Below, piece after piece: positions 50,002 to 58,688 of a stretch of 64,000 nt of DNA. The DNA lies in the NCBI GenBank assembly GCA_016181405.1, contig JACOZJ010000002.1, positions 138,608 through 202,607 of the forward strand, in the 5' to 3' direction. The notes under the pieces are model-generated. The model worked only from the letters and a program-made list of their open reading frames with translations. It was not told the origin of the DNA and did not search any database. The first letter of the stretch is position 1, and the number at the start of each line of letters is the position of its first letter. Source of the DNA: Candidatus Wildermuthbacteria bacterium. GTDB taxonomy: Bacteria; Patescibacteriota; Minisyncoccia; Minisyncoccales; UBA10102. The translations under genes were made by a program, and so were the position numbers.

Positions 50002-51165
50002 TTATAGGTTAAGAAATGGAAAGGCGAAAAACTTGAGGAGAGCGCCAAGAACCAACAAAACAGCTGCGCCAAAAAGGATAGGCCGAGGAATTCTTATGCT
50101 GTATTCTGGCTCCCGATCTCCTTTTTCTTTTATGGTTCGATAAATCAAAGCTATTACCGAACCCTCTAGGGCTGCCACAAGGGCGCCTACCACGCCGATC
50201 ACAAAAATGAATTCCCGTAGCCCCAACAGGAAAAGCAAAATCGGCGAAAAGATCGCCACCGCGACAGAAATGCCATATGGTACTTTGTAATCATATCGAA
50301 GCGAGTTTTTCAGATAGTTTCCCAGCACCAAAAAGGAACCTGCTATGGCAACCAGTCCAAACACAGCGCCAAGCACCACCACTTTTTCTCCCAGAAGAGG
50401 AATAAGTCCACTCAAAGCATCCTGCGAAGTTGCGGCCCCAGAAACTCCAACGACAAATAGGGTAAATGCAAAAAATAATCCCCCACAAATTACCGACGAC
50501 CATACAATGAGATTGTCTAAACTTCGCTTTTCGGATGTATGCTTAAAAAGCTCTGCAATTTCAGGAATGGCGGATAACCCTAAAAATGAAAACAGCACAA
50601 CACCATAGGGTAAAAACACAAATGAGGAATTAAAAAGCATAAAATTTTGCAGTTGGAAGTGGGGCAGCGTAAAGACGAAAATAACTCCCACTACGATGAA
50701 CAAAATAATATCCATAAGAAGCTCTGTCTTCGCTATTGCCTGAATGCCGCGCAGAATAAACAATGAGAGCACAAACCACAAAACAACAGCAAAAGCAAAG
50801 CTTGAAAGAGGAATAAAAGAACCCAATGCGATATACAAAAAATCCCCGCCAATAATAATGTATGCAAGCAGAGCGCCTACACTTCCCACGATCGTGGAAA
50901 CCGTTACAAGTTTTTTTGCCCAGCCTCCAAGATAAAGAGAAGCATACCCTATAAGACGGTGTTTTTCTTTAGTGCGCAGGGCTATCTCGCCAAACATCAA
51001 ATGCAGTATCATCACCACTCCCCCAAGGAGCACGAAATAAAAAACGCCTGCAATTATTCCACTTTTTGCGACCACGTACGGCAACCCAAAGATCCCCGCT
51101 CCCACAATAGTTCCCACTAACGTGGAAAGCGCAAGCAAAAAAGGATTGCTCAATATCCGCTTCAT
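50002..51165 (-). CDS. amino acid permease (Trp/Tyr-permease-like)
   Basis: 11-12 TM helices. The N-terminal LVGTIVGAGIFGLPYVVAKSG is typical of this transporter class. Confidence 0.7.
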   Translation of the reverse strand: MKRILSNPFLLALSTLVGTIVGAGIFGLPYVVAKSGIIAGVFYFVLLGGVVMILHLMFGEIALRTKEKHRLIGYASLYLGGWAKKLVTVSTIVGSVGALLAYIIIGGDFLYIALGSFIPLSSFAFAVVLWFVLSLFILRGIQAIAKTELLMDIILFIVVGVIFVFTLPHFQLQNFMLFNSSFVFLPYGVVLFSFLGLSAIPEIAELFKHTSEKRSLDNLIVWSSVICGGLFFAFTLFVVGVSGAATSQDALSGLIPLLGEKVVVLGAVFGLVAIAGSFLVLGNYLKNSLRYDYKVPYGISVAVAIFSPILLFLLGLREFIFVIGVVGALVAALEGSVIALIYRTIKEKGDREPEYSIRIPRPILFGAAVLLVLGALLKFFAFPFLNL

Positions 51166-51242
51166 TTCCTTGAGTATAACAAAAAACCGCCTATTGGGCG
51201 ATCATTCTATAAACTCACCTTGTTTCCATGGTGAACCTTTTG

Positions 51243-51314
51243 TGCTCCCAGGGGGATTCGAACCTCCATCTCAGCCTCCGGAGGGCTACACTCTATCCAT
51301 TGAGCTATGGGAGC
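51243..51314 (-). tRNA. tRNA-Arg (anticodon CCG), CCA not encoded
   Basis: GCTCCCA TA GCTC AATGGATA GAGT G TAGCC CTCCGGA GGCTG AGAT GGAGG TTCGAAT CCCCC TGGGAGC A. Confidence 0.85.
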
Positions 51315-51326
51315 GATGTCCTTCAA

Positions 51327-52283
51327 TCATAACATCTGCATGGCGTTGCGTGAAACACGAATAAGCCCGGAACAGGGGACAATTTCAACCCCCTGCTTTT
51401 CAAATTCGTCTAAAATAAGATTCATCCCAAGCGAGTCAGAAGACATGTGGCCCGTAACAATGATATTCATATTTGCAGCTTCAGCCTCTTTTTTGCTCTC
51501 TTCTGCCAAATGCATATCTACGATAGTGCCGATACCTGCCTGCGCTATCTTTTCATAGAGCTTGGGCGCAGGTTCAGTGCCCCCGGTCATGCCTACATAA
51601 ATGGTGCCGCATCGATTCTCCGGCCTCCCGGAAAAAATCTTTGGTCCCATGCCCATCTCTGCTGCTTTTTTATATTCTTCAATGGTGTGGAGGAATTTCA
51701 TTAAATCTTCGACGCGCTCTGGACTCTCTGCCTCGAGCTTTTCTCGCAGGAACCTTGCCACCTGGTTATCTGCGGCAGTATGAACACACATAAAATTCAC
51801 TCCGAGCAACCGCGCAGCATCTACTGCTCTCCAGTTATTCCGCGGATTCCACATACGAGAAACCTCAGAACTCCGCTCCCTCGTAAAACTCTCTGCGATA
51901 TTGATAGGAACCCCATACGAATACAAAATATCCGCCTGCATTTCCATTACCTCATGCATATCTTGGCTCGCTCTGCCTGAAGGATGATGGGAGATTACTA
52001 AATCGATGTCGCCCAGCTCTTTTGCAAGTAAAATCTCCGCAGCATCAATATCGATGCCCACAAGCGCCTTTTTAATTTCCCGATCATCTGCCACGTGGAG
52101 AACGCGCGTGTCAGAATAAGGATTTTTAAGTGATTCGCTGTCGGCTTCCTCTTTTTCGTACCCTGCAAGCCTTTCAAACTTTTCCCGCCTTCGTTCCAGC
52201 AATTTTCCCACACGCTCCCTGCCGCGAGGATCAGCGTCAATGCCTTTTTCTATAGATAGTTCGTATATGTCATCAATCTTCAT
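51327..52283 (-). CDS. NIF3 (DUF34) family metal-binding protein
   Basis: GDIDLVISHHPSG, the C-terminal IVTGHMSSD and GVEIVPCSGL. Confidence 0.6.
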   Translation of the reverse strand: MKIDDIYELSIEKGIDADPRGRERVGKLLERRREKFERLAGYEKEEADSESLKNPYSDTRVLHVADDREIKKALVGIDIDAAEILLAKELGDIDLVISHHPSGRASQDMHEVMEMQADILYSYGVPINIAESFTRERSSEVSRMWNPRNNWRAVDAARLLGVNFMCVHTAADNQVARFLREKLEAESPERVEDLMKFLHTIEEYKKAAEMGMGPKIFSGRPENRCGTIYVGMTGGTEPAPKLYEKIAQAGIGTIVDMHLAEESKKEAEAANMNIIVTGHMSSDSLGMNLILDEFEKQGVEIVPCSGLIRVSRNAMQML

Positions 52284-52428
52284 GCTGTTTTAAGAAACCG
52301 AGGTTTTGGTAGAGCTCCTCTATTTGTTTAGTTGCTGCTGCGGTATCTGCCCCGGTTTTCCGGATTCTTACCTTTTCTCTTCGAATATACGTTTTTATGC
52401 TTTTTGGGATTCTCATTTTTTTCTTCAT
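52273..52428 (-). CDS. hypothetical small basic protein (51 aa)
   Basis: MKKKMRIPKSIKTYIRREKVRIRKTGADTAAATKQIEELYQNLGFLKQHED. Its stop overlaps the NIF3 start. Below the ORF-track cut-off and no SD seen. Confidence 0.3.
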   Translation of the reverse strand: MKKKMRIPKSIKTYIRREKVRIRKTGADTAAATKQIEELYQNLGFLKQHED

Positions 52429-52483
52429 ATGCAATAAAAATCAGCTTTACAGCCGTCGCTTTTAAAGCATAACACTTCTGCGC

Positions 52484-53779
52484 TTATTTGTCCAGCTTCG
52501 CGAATTCCTCTTCGATTACGCGGCGCTCGTCCCAGGGAATTTTTTTGCCCCCAGCCACGGCAATAACGTCCTCGCTTCCCTTCCCGCTCACTACCACTGC
52601 ATCGTCCTCTTGGGCCATCGTGAGCGCCTTTCGTATAGCTTCACGCCTGTCCATCACTTTCTGTACGCTTTTTTGTGCACCCTCTTCGATTTGGCTAAGA
52701 ATTTCAGCCGGGTCTTCGTCGTAGGGATCTTCGTTCGTCAAAATAATTTCATCGCAATATGCACCAGCAATCTTACCCAGTACAGGGCGCTTCCATTTGT
52801 CGCGGCCTCCACCGCACGCCCCAAACACGCAAATCATTCGTCGAGGATGAAATAAGCTTCGCACACCACTATACAAATTTTCTAGTGCTTTCGGGGTAAC
52901 AGCGTAATCAATCAACACGCAAAATGGTTTCGTGAATACGGGATCGGTTCTCCCCGGCATCCGCGGCATTTTTGCCAAAGCATCCCGGCATGTTTCTGTG
53001 GAAACACCATGCGCCAATCCTACACAGATTGCGGCCAGGGCGTTATACGCGTTGAACTGACCTATGAGATTTAGATGAATCAATGTATCCCCTATAGAGA
53101 AATCTGTCCCCTCCTTTGTTTCTTGCACATCATTAGCAAGAATTGTTTGTGGTTTAGAGCTTGAGGTTTGTTTGAGACTTGATTCTTGAGGCTTGGAGCT
53201 TACGCCATACACGTATATTGCTTTCGAGGGAATCTGAAGAAAATAGATCGCGTTTTCATCATCACCATTTATCACGTGCACGCGCTTAGCAGTAAAAAAC
53301 AATTTCTGTTTCTCTGCCCGGTAGTTTTCAAAAGAGCCATGGCGTTCAATATGCTCTGGTGACAAATTGGTAATGACGGCGGTATGCATGTTCAAAAAAC
53401 GATGACGGTGCTGCAAAATTCCTTCAGAACTCACTTCAATAACCGCGTGCGTACATCCCTCTGCGACAGCCCGCGCCAAGAACTTTTGCAGGAACATTCT
53501 GCCCGGCATACTCATTTTGCGATGATTCTTTTGCTTCTCCTCACCTATCGCAACCCAAACAGAAGAAGTGGCAGCGGTTTTATAACCAGCTTCCTGCAGA
53601 ATTCTTCTAATCATCTCAACTGTGGTGGATTTGCCATCGGTCCCAGTAACCCCAATCACCGTGAGACGCCGAGCTGGAAATCCATAAAGGATCGCACCCA
53701 ACAGTGCCCACAAAAAATGATACCAACTCAACGCGAATGGAGGGATAATGCTCCGCAAAAATTCCTTGAGCTCTTTCAT
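52484..53779 (-). CDS. murE: Mur ligase, UDP-MurNAc-tripeptide synthetase (MurE-like)
   Basis: VIGVTGTDGKSTT P-loop and the Mur ligase middle and C-terminal domains. The start at ATG 53779 (MKELKEF) follows the island terminator. There is a low-complexity insert, SSKPQESSLKQTSSSKPQ. Confidence 0.75.
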   Translation of the reverse strand: MKELKEFLRSIIPPFALSWYHFLWALLGAILYGFPARRLTVIGVTGTDGKSTTVEMIRRILQEAGYKTAATSSVWVAIGEEKQKNHRKMSMPGRMFLQKFLARAVAEGCTHAVIEVSSEGILQHRHRFLNMHTAVITNLSPEHIERHGSFENYRAEKQKLFFTAKRVHVINGDDENAIYFLQIPSKAIYVYGVSSKPQESSLKQTSSSKPQTILANDVQETKEGTDFSIGDTLIHLNLIGQFNAYNALAAICVGLAHGVSTETCRDALAKMPRMPGRTDPVFTKPFCVLIDYAVTPKALENLYSGVRSLFHPRRMICVFGACGGGRDKWKRPVLGKIAGAYCDEIILTNEDPYDEDPAEILSQIEEGAQKSVQKVMDRREAIRKALTMAQEDDAVVVSGKGSEDVIAVAGGKKIPWDERRVIEEEFAKLDK

Positions 53780-53802
53780 ATTCTCCCAATATATCTGCTT
53801 TC

Positions 53803-53837
53803 TCCCAAAAAAGAAAGGAGCGCTTTGTATCGCTCCT
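53803..53837 (-). terminator. intrinsic terminator closing island 2
   Basis: Minus strand AGGAGCG-atacaaag-CGCTCCT-TTCTTTTTTGGG. Confidence 0.7.
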
Positions 53838-53847
53838 GGAACTCTTT

Positions 53848-54219
53848 CTACGATGCCCGCGCCTTGAAAGGATTGGGCAGGCCCTTGCGCGAAATCACTT
53901 CTTCGGTCTGGGCATCCCTTGACGGAGGAAGGATCTCCCCGCAAAGAAGCCGCCGCTCTGCTTCCTCCACAATCTGTTGCCTCGTTTTCTGGATGTCATA
54001 TGCCATCTGGAGAAAACGAAAACGGGCAGGCGGAGGCAGTCTCTTGAAATCCGGACCTCTGTTCTCGGGGAATCTCCCGCGCTCAATCTCGTAGTCTGCC
54101 TCGAGCTCCTCCACATATTTGTGCGCCAGTTCCATCGTAGGCGGACGCTTTTGTTCCGGCGGGAACTTCGGCTTCCAGCCCGGATCCGGAGCCCATGCAT
54201 ACGCCTCGCCGGATTCCAA
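53848..54219 (-). CDS. hypothetical protein with a C-terminal LPPxAR...GEILPP motif (start uncertain: TTG 54219 or ATG 54135)
   Basis: ...FKRLPPPARFRFLQMAYDIQKTRQQIVEEAERRLLCGEILPPSRD. It is paralogous to the C-terminus of 54382-54876. Confidence 0.45.
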   Translation of the reverse strand: MESGEAYAWAPDPGWKPKFPPEQKRPPTMELAHKYVEELEADYEIERGRFPENRGPDFKRLPPPARFRFLQMAYDIQKTRQQIVEEAERRLLCGEILPPSRDAQTEEVISRKGLPNPFKARAS

Positions 54220-54231
54220 CGCGCGGAATAC

Positions 54232-54372
54232 TTACCCGTGGAGTTCGTGAACATCGTAAATGTTCACCGCCTCCACCCAGGCACATGCCCGATCCAATGG
54301 CGTCTTGCCCCCATCCCAACCGGAAAGACAAGATCGATACAGTTCGTGCGGAGTCACCTCATAGTAAGGCAT
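54232..54372 (-). CDS. hypothetical small protein (46 aa)
   Basis: GGAGG 5 nt before the ATG. MPYYEVTPHELYRSCLSGWDGGKTPLDRACAWVEAVNIYDVHELHG. Not in the ORF track (<60 aa). Confidence 0.4.
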   Translation of the reverse strand: MPYYEVTPHELYRSCLSGWDGGKTPLDRACAWVEAVNIYDVHELHG

Positions 54373-54381
54373 TTCGACCTC

Positions 54382-54876
54382 CTATCGCGCGTCAAGAACC
54401 GCTTGGGGAGGCAGGATCTCTCCTGTTTTCACCCTTTTCGTTGCTTCCTCTAGGATCTCTTGCTCCGATCGCAACAAACCGTAGGCAGCCTGGGCGAACG
54501 CAAGCCTTGCAGCGGGAGGCAATTCCCTCAACAGAGGGAGGTTCTCGCTTCCCGTGAAAGCCTGCCCTTCTCGGAATGCGGCTATGGTCTCGTCAATGAG
54601 CTTGTCAGCAAGCTCTGGGGTGAGCGCTTTCTTCCCAGGTTGGGAAAAGCTCCCCATTGGATCCGCCTGATAGTGCTCAGCCATTCCACTTATGACCAAG
54701 CCAATGAACTCTTGAACCAAGGTATCAAACCTTACGGAGGCCAACGCCTCCAGATAAGCATATGCCCTGGTCAGGGAGTGTGTCGTCGGCAGATGGGTGA
54801 TTTGCACGGCATTGGTGAGTCCATCGTTGAAATTCCTTCTCACCGCTCGAAGGAACTTCGGATCTTTCATATCCAT
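54382..54876 (-). CDS. hypothetical protein (164 aa) with a C-terminal LPPxAR...GEILPP motif
   Basis: MDMKDPKFLRAVRRNF...LRELPPAARLAFAQAAYGLLRSEQEILEEATKRVKTGEILPPQAV. Confidence 0.5.
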   Translation of the reverse strand: MDMKDPKFLRAVRRNFNDGLTNAVQITHLPTTHSLTRAYAYLEALASVRFDTLVQEFIGLVISGMAEHYQADPMGSFSQPGKKALTPELADKLIDETIAAFREGQAFTGSENLPLLRELPPAARLAFAQAAYGLLRSEQEILEEATKRVKTGEILPPQAVLDAR

Positions 54877-54993
54877 AAAACACCTCGCAAGCACAGAATG
54901 GTTTGTTCTGTACGCTCTGTACCTTATATTTTTTCAGATGTAAAGAAATACGCCACTCCGCGAGAAGTGACGTTTGGTTTCCGCGCCATGAAT

Positions 54994-55146
54994 CTATGGG
55001 TCAAAGACGCGGCGGACCCGTCGGGTCGTCCGAACACGTTGGTCCGGGCAGTGATCCGGATCGGGCTCATATCGCCGTTCCGGATCGGGGCGGGGTGCGG
55101 TCTCCGGTGCAACCACTGGAGACCGCGTAGGCGTAGTTGTTACCAT
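54994..55146 (-). CDS. hypothetical Pro/Arg-rich small protein (50 aa)
   Basis: ACAGGAGGGG before the ATG. MVTTTPTRSPVVAPETAPRPDPERRYEPDPDHCPDQRVRTTRRVRRVFDP. The ORF-track extension starts inside the -35 box. Confidence 0.35.
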   Translation of the reverse strand: MVTTTPTRSPVVAPETAPRPDPERRYEPDPDHCPDQRVRTTRRVRRVFDP

Positions 55147-55187
55147 GCTACCCCTCCTGTTCGTACCCATTAAACGAGCATTGCTAT

Positions 55188-55215
55188 ATCTTAGCATTGC
55201 AAAAAGACTCGTCAA
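55188..55215 (-). promoter_or_regulatory. sigma70-type promoter (island 2, internal)
   Basis: Minus strand TTGACG-N16-TAAGAT. Confidence 0.5.
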
Positions 55216-55230
55216 TCACGCGTTTTCCTC

Positions 55231-55276
55231 AATCAAAATAACAAGCCCCGCGCTGCATAGAAAATGCAGACGGGGC
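55231..55276 (-). terminator. intrinsic terminator (island 2, internal)
   Basis: Minus strand GCCCCG-t-CTGCAT-tttct-ATGCAG-cg-CGGGGC followed by TTGTTATTTTGATT. Confidence 0.65.
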
Positions 55277-55289
55277 ATCGAAGCGTCTC

Positions 55290-55472
55290 CTACGACACTA
55301 TCTCCGCTATAGTGGGCTCGGACCCTTCATGGCGCGAAGAGACGCTTTTGAAGGAAGAGTACCCCTTCGGGATAGAGTCCTTTGGTGTGGGACCGTTGTC
55401 CTCCGAGATCGTCTCCCAGCCGATGGTTCTACCATCGGCATCTTTCTTGGGTTTCTGCTTAAGGGTCTTCAC
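55290..55472 (-). CDS. hypothetical basic small protein (60 aa, GTG start)
   Basis: GGAACGGAGGG then GTG. (M)KTLKQKPKKDADGRTIGWETISEDNGPTPKDSIPKGY.... It overlaps the upstream ORF by 14 nt. Confidence 0.4.
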   Translation of the reverse strand: MKTLKQKPKKDADGRTIGWETISEDNGPTPKDSIPKGYSSFKSVSSRHEGSEPTIAEIVS

Positions 55473-55638
55473 AGAACCCTCCGTTCCTGAAGTGCGCAGC
55501 AACCTCTTCGTTGACGCACTTCACATGCTTGAGCTCGGTACCAGAATCTCGTCTTATCTCGACATACGCATCTCCCTCGAATACCGGCCTTGGGCATCGG
55601 GAACACAACCCAAGGACCATGGGCTTTTTCACTTCCAT
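55459..55638 (-). CDS. hypothetical Cys/His-containing small protein (59 aa)
   Basis: GAGGTGAG before the ATG. MEVKKPMVLGLCSRCPRPVFEGDAYVEIRRDSGTELKHVKCVNEEVAAHF... (possible small zinc ribbon). Confidence 0.45.
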   Translation of the reverse strand: MEVKKPMVLGLCSRCPRPVFEGDAYVEIRRDSGTELKHVKCVNEEVAAHFRNGGFCEDP

Positions 55639-55726
55639 AATCTCACCTCGCGTTTCTCGAGCGCCGCCGGATAAAATGTACACCGCACCCCCTCTCCCCC
55701 CTCCCTGCTAGGGAAGAAATTGGAGT

Positions 55727-55757
55727 ATTATAAACCATTCCCCATGGGGGTTGTCAA
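55727..55757 (-). promoter_or_regulatory. sigma70-type promoter opening island 2
   Basis: Minus strand TTGACA, then a 17-19 nt spacer, then TTTATAAT, immediately downstream of the ruvA stop. Confidence 0.55.
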
Positions 55758-55784
55758 ATGGTGGTCTTTGTGGAAAAACAAATA

Positions 55785-56357
55785 CTACTGCCGACCGAAG
55801 AGTTTGAGAGCTTCTTTAATTTTTTGTTCTGGATCTGCAATTTCTGCTGGGAGGCGCGAGAGAGCGTCTTTGGCTTCTGCTCTGGAAAATCCAAGAGAAA
55901 CAAGCGAATCCACGGTTTCGTCGCCCGAAGAAACACGTTTCTCTCCAGTAAAATTCCCCAGCTTCCCCGTAAGTTCCAAAATGATCTTCTGGATTTTCTT
56001 TTCGCCAATACCCTTAATGCCCTGGAAGTACGCAGTGTTGCGCTGCTCAATGGCTTTTGTTGTGTCTGCTGGTTTGCCAAGCGATGCCAACACCATAGCA
56101 GCTTTGGGCCCAATGCCAGAAACATCGCGAAATACCTCAAAAAGTTTCAGCGCCTCAAACGAGGGCAAGCCATACAGCTCTATTGTTTCTTCTTTTCGCA
56201 CCTGAAGCGCGCAGAACATTTCAACCTGCTCCTGACCTTCTTTGAGCTGCATATACAACGCTTCCGGCACAAACACCTTATACCCTACTCCGTTGGTTTC
56301 AAGTATGATATAATCAGAATCCTTCAGAAGAATTTTCCCTTTTAAGTAAGAAATCAT
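55785..56357 (-). CDS. ruvA: Holliday junction DNA helicase subunit RuvA
   Basis: MISYLKGKILLKDSDYIILETNGVGYKVFVP, HhH pairs (VSGIGPKAA, IKGIGEKKIQKI). The ORF-track 5' extension is rejected. Confidence 0.88.
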   Translation of the reverse strand: MISYLKGKILLKDSDYIILETNGVGYKVFVPEALYMQLKEGQEQVEMFCALQVRKEETIELYGLPSFEALKLFEVFRDVSGIGPKAAMVLASLGKPADTTKAIEQRNTAYFQGIKGIGEKKIQKIILELTGKLGNFTGEKRVSSGDETVDSLVSLGFSRAEAKDALSRLPAEIADPEQKIKEALKLFGRQ

Positions 56358-56467
56358 AATGGGCGCAAAAGCGAGCATCACAGCTTTTTCGCAGACGCGA
56401 GGGTCCACTCCGCAGGAGGGGTAAAGCGCAAGAAAAAGCTGTGATGCGAGCGTTTTCTTCACTATAC

Positions 56468-58498
56468 ATGCAATTTAAGCTGGTTTCAAAATTCAATCCA
56501 ACGGGCGACCAACCGCAAGCAATAGAAAAACTTGTAGCCGGCATTGAGTCTGGCGTCAAACACCAGGTGCTTTTGGGCGTAACCGGATCTGGGAAAACCT
56601 TCACTATGGCGAATGTGATTGAAAAAACCCAGAGGCCGACGCTTGTGATTTCACCAAACAAAACTTTGGCCGCGCAACTCTATCAAGAATTCAGAGAATT
56701 CTTCCCGAGAAACGGAGTGCACTATTTCGTCTCCTACTACGACTACTATCAGCCCGAAGCATACATTCCCCAATCTGACACCTATATTGAGAAGGATGCG
56801 AAAATCAACGACACCCTAGACCGCCTGCGACATGAGGCGGTACAAGACGTGCTTTCAAGAAAAGACGCCATTGTGGTAGCCTCTGTTTCCTGTATTTACA
56901 ACATTGGATCTCCTGAAGACTACCAGAACATTGCCTTAGACATCAAGGCAGGCCAAACAATCGAACGGAAAAACTTCCTTGGCCATTTGACATCCCTCCA
57001 ATACCAACGGAATGATATCGAATTTAAACCCGGCACCTTTCGTATCAGGGGAGAAATAATGGAAGTTTTTACCGTAACCGGAAAAGAACTTGTGCGCATC
57101 GAAATAACTGCCGATCGCGTCGAAACGCTCGCAGTTTCCAGAGATACCACAAATCCTACATGGGAAGCCAGAGAAACCTATCGTTTCTTCCCTGCGAAAT
57201 TTTGGGTCACGCCTCAAGACAAACTCAACATAGTAATGGAAAACATTCGCTTGGAACTCCAAGAGCGCCTTCAGGTATTAAGAGCGCAGAATAAACTTGT
57301 GGAAGCCCAGCGATTGGAACAGCGCACTAATTATGATTTAGAGTTAATACAGGAGTCGGGGTATTGCCACGGAATCGAAAATTATTCCCGCCATATGGAA
57401 TTTCGTTCGGCCGGAGACCCTCCGCACACGCTTCTGGAATATTTTGGGAAAGAATTTCTTGTGATTGTCGACGAAAGCCATCTTACCCTTCCCCAAATTC
57501 GCGCCATGGCCGCGCAAGACAGAGCACGAAAAGCAGCGCTCATCGAACACGGATTCCGGCTGCCCTCCGCGGTTGATAATCGTCCTCTTACTTTCCAAGA
57601 AACATTTGCCAGCATTCCTCAATCCATCTATGTTTCTGCCACACCTAGTGAGTTTGAACTCGCCAAATCAAAAAACAATATCGTCGAGCAACTTCTTCGT
57701 CCTACTGGTTTGCTGGAACCCGCTATAGAGATCCGGCCAACCGCAAACCAAATCCAAGACGCCATAGAAGAGATTGAAAAACGCAAAGCGAAGAACCAAC
57801 GAGTACTCGTACTCACCTTGACCAAACGTTTAGCAGAGGACATTGCAGATTATTTGGCGCAAAGGGGTGTCGCCGTCCAATGGCTGCACTCTGAAGTAAA
57901 GACACTCGAACGCCCAGGCATTTTGGAGGATTTTCGAAAAGGCAAATACGACGTGATCGTTGGCATAAACCTTTTGCGAGAGGGCCTTGATTTGCCAGAG
58001 GTCGCTTTAGTTGCAATTCTCGACGCAGACAAAGAAGGTTTCTTGCGCAATGAAACCACACTTATCCAGACTATGGGGAGGGCCGCCCGCCATCCTGAAG
58101 GTATGGCTATTTTATACGCAGATACCATAACCTTTTCCATGAAAAATGCCATTACGGAGATCGAGCGCAGAAAACGCATCCAGCAAGAATACAATGAAAA
58201 ACATCACATTACCCCCCAGCCCATTGTCAAAGATATCAGAACATGGGGGTTTGCCGATGCAAAAGAAATAACAGCAGCAGAGTTCGGCCCAATTCAAGAC
58301 GTTAAGCTTCTTGAGAAAGAGATGAAGGAGGCGGCCAAAAATCTCGACTTTGAGCGTGCAGCCCAAATTCGAGACTTGATAAAAAAGTTAAGGCGTGCTA
58401 CACTCTCTTCATATGCCAATTACGAAGTCAGCAAGAAAGGCTCTCCGACAGAGCATAAAAAGAAAAGCCCGAAATCTCAAAAGAAAAGCGGTCTTTAA
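56468..58498 (+). CDS. uvrB: excinuclease ABC subunit B
   Basis: FKLVSKFNPTGDQPQAIEKL, GVTGSGKTFTMA (Walker A), DESH, and a UVR domain (FERAAQIRDLI). A 30-aa tail overlaps rpsT. Confidence 0.92.
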   Translation: MQFKLVSKFNPTGDQPQAIEKLVAGIESGVKHQVLLGVTGSGKTFTMANVIEKTQRPTLVISPNKTLAAQLYQEFREFFPRNGVHYFVSYYDYYQPEAYIPQSDTYIEKDAKINDTLDRLRHEAVQDVLSRKDAIVVASVSCIYNIGSPEDYQNIALDIKAGQTIERKNFLGHLTSLQYQRNDIEFKPGTFRIRGEIMEVFTVTGKELVRIEITADRVETLAVSRDTTNPTWEARETYRFFPAKFWVTPQDKLNIVMENIRLELQERLQVLRAQNKLVEAQRLEQRTNYDLELIQESGYCHGIENYSRHMEFRSAGDPPHTLLEYFGKEFLVIVDESHLTLPQIRAMAAQDRARKAALIEHGFRLPSAVDNRPLTFQETFASIPQSIYVSATPSEFELAKSKNNIVEQLLRPTGLLEPAIEIRPTANQIQDAIEEIEKRKAKNQRVLVLTLTKRLAEDIADYLAQRGVAVQWLHSEVKTLERPGILEDFRKGKYDVIVGINLLREGLDLPEVALVAILDADKEGFLRNETTLIQTMGRAARHPEGMAILYADTITFSMKNAITEIERRKRIQQEYNEKHHITPQPIVKDIRTWGFADAKEITAAEFGPIQDVKLLEKEMKEAAKNLDFERAAQIRDLIKKLRRATLSSYANYEVSKKGSPTEHKKKSPKSQKKSGL

Positions 58499-58688
58499 GG
58501 CTTTGGTCAAGCAGGAGAAGAAACTTCTTGAGCAAAAGAATGTACAGGAAGCTCAAAAGCTTTTGCCTCAACTCTATAAGGCTTTAGATAAAGCAGCGCT
58601 CAAAGGAGTCTTGAAACCGAATGCCGCAGCCAGAAAGAAATCGCGGCTTACCAAACTCTTCCAGAAAACGGCAAATCCTACAAAGTAG
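58413..58688 (+). CDS. rpsT: 30S ribosomal protein S20
   Basis: MPITKSARKALRQSIKRKARNLKRK.... Confidence 0.88.
   Translation: MPITKSARKALRQSIKRKARNLKRKAVFKALVKQEKKLLEQKNVQEAQKLLPQLYKALDKAALKGVLKPNAAARKKSRLTKLFQKTANPTK

Noticed and set aside
53780-53944. A 55-codon N-terminal extension of the MurE ORF.
   Set aside because: It overlaps the island 2 terminator and the end of the upstream small ORF. Mur ligase homology and a plausible start (MKELKEF) begin at 53779.
54994-55215. A 73-aa version of the Pro/Arg-rich ORF.
   Set aside because: Its TTG start lies inside the -35 box of the promoter. The SD-preceded ATG at 55146 is the only start compatible with that promoter.
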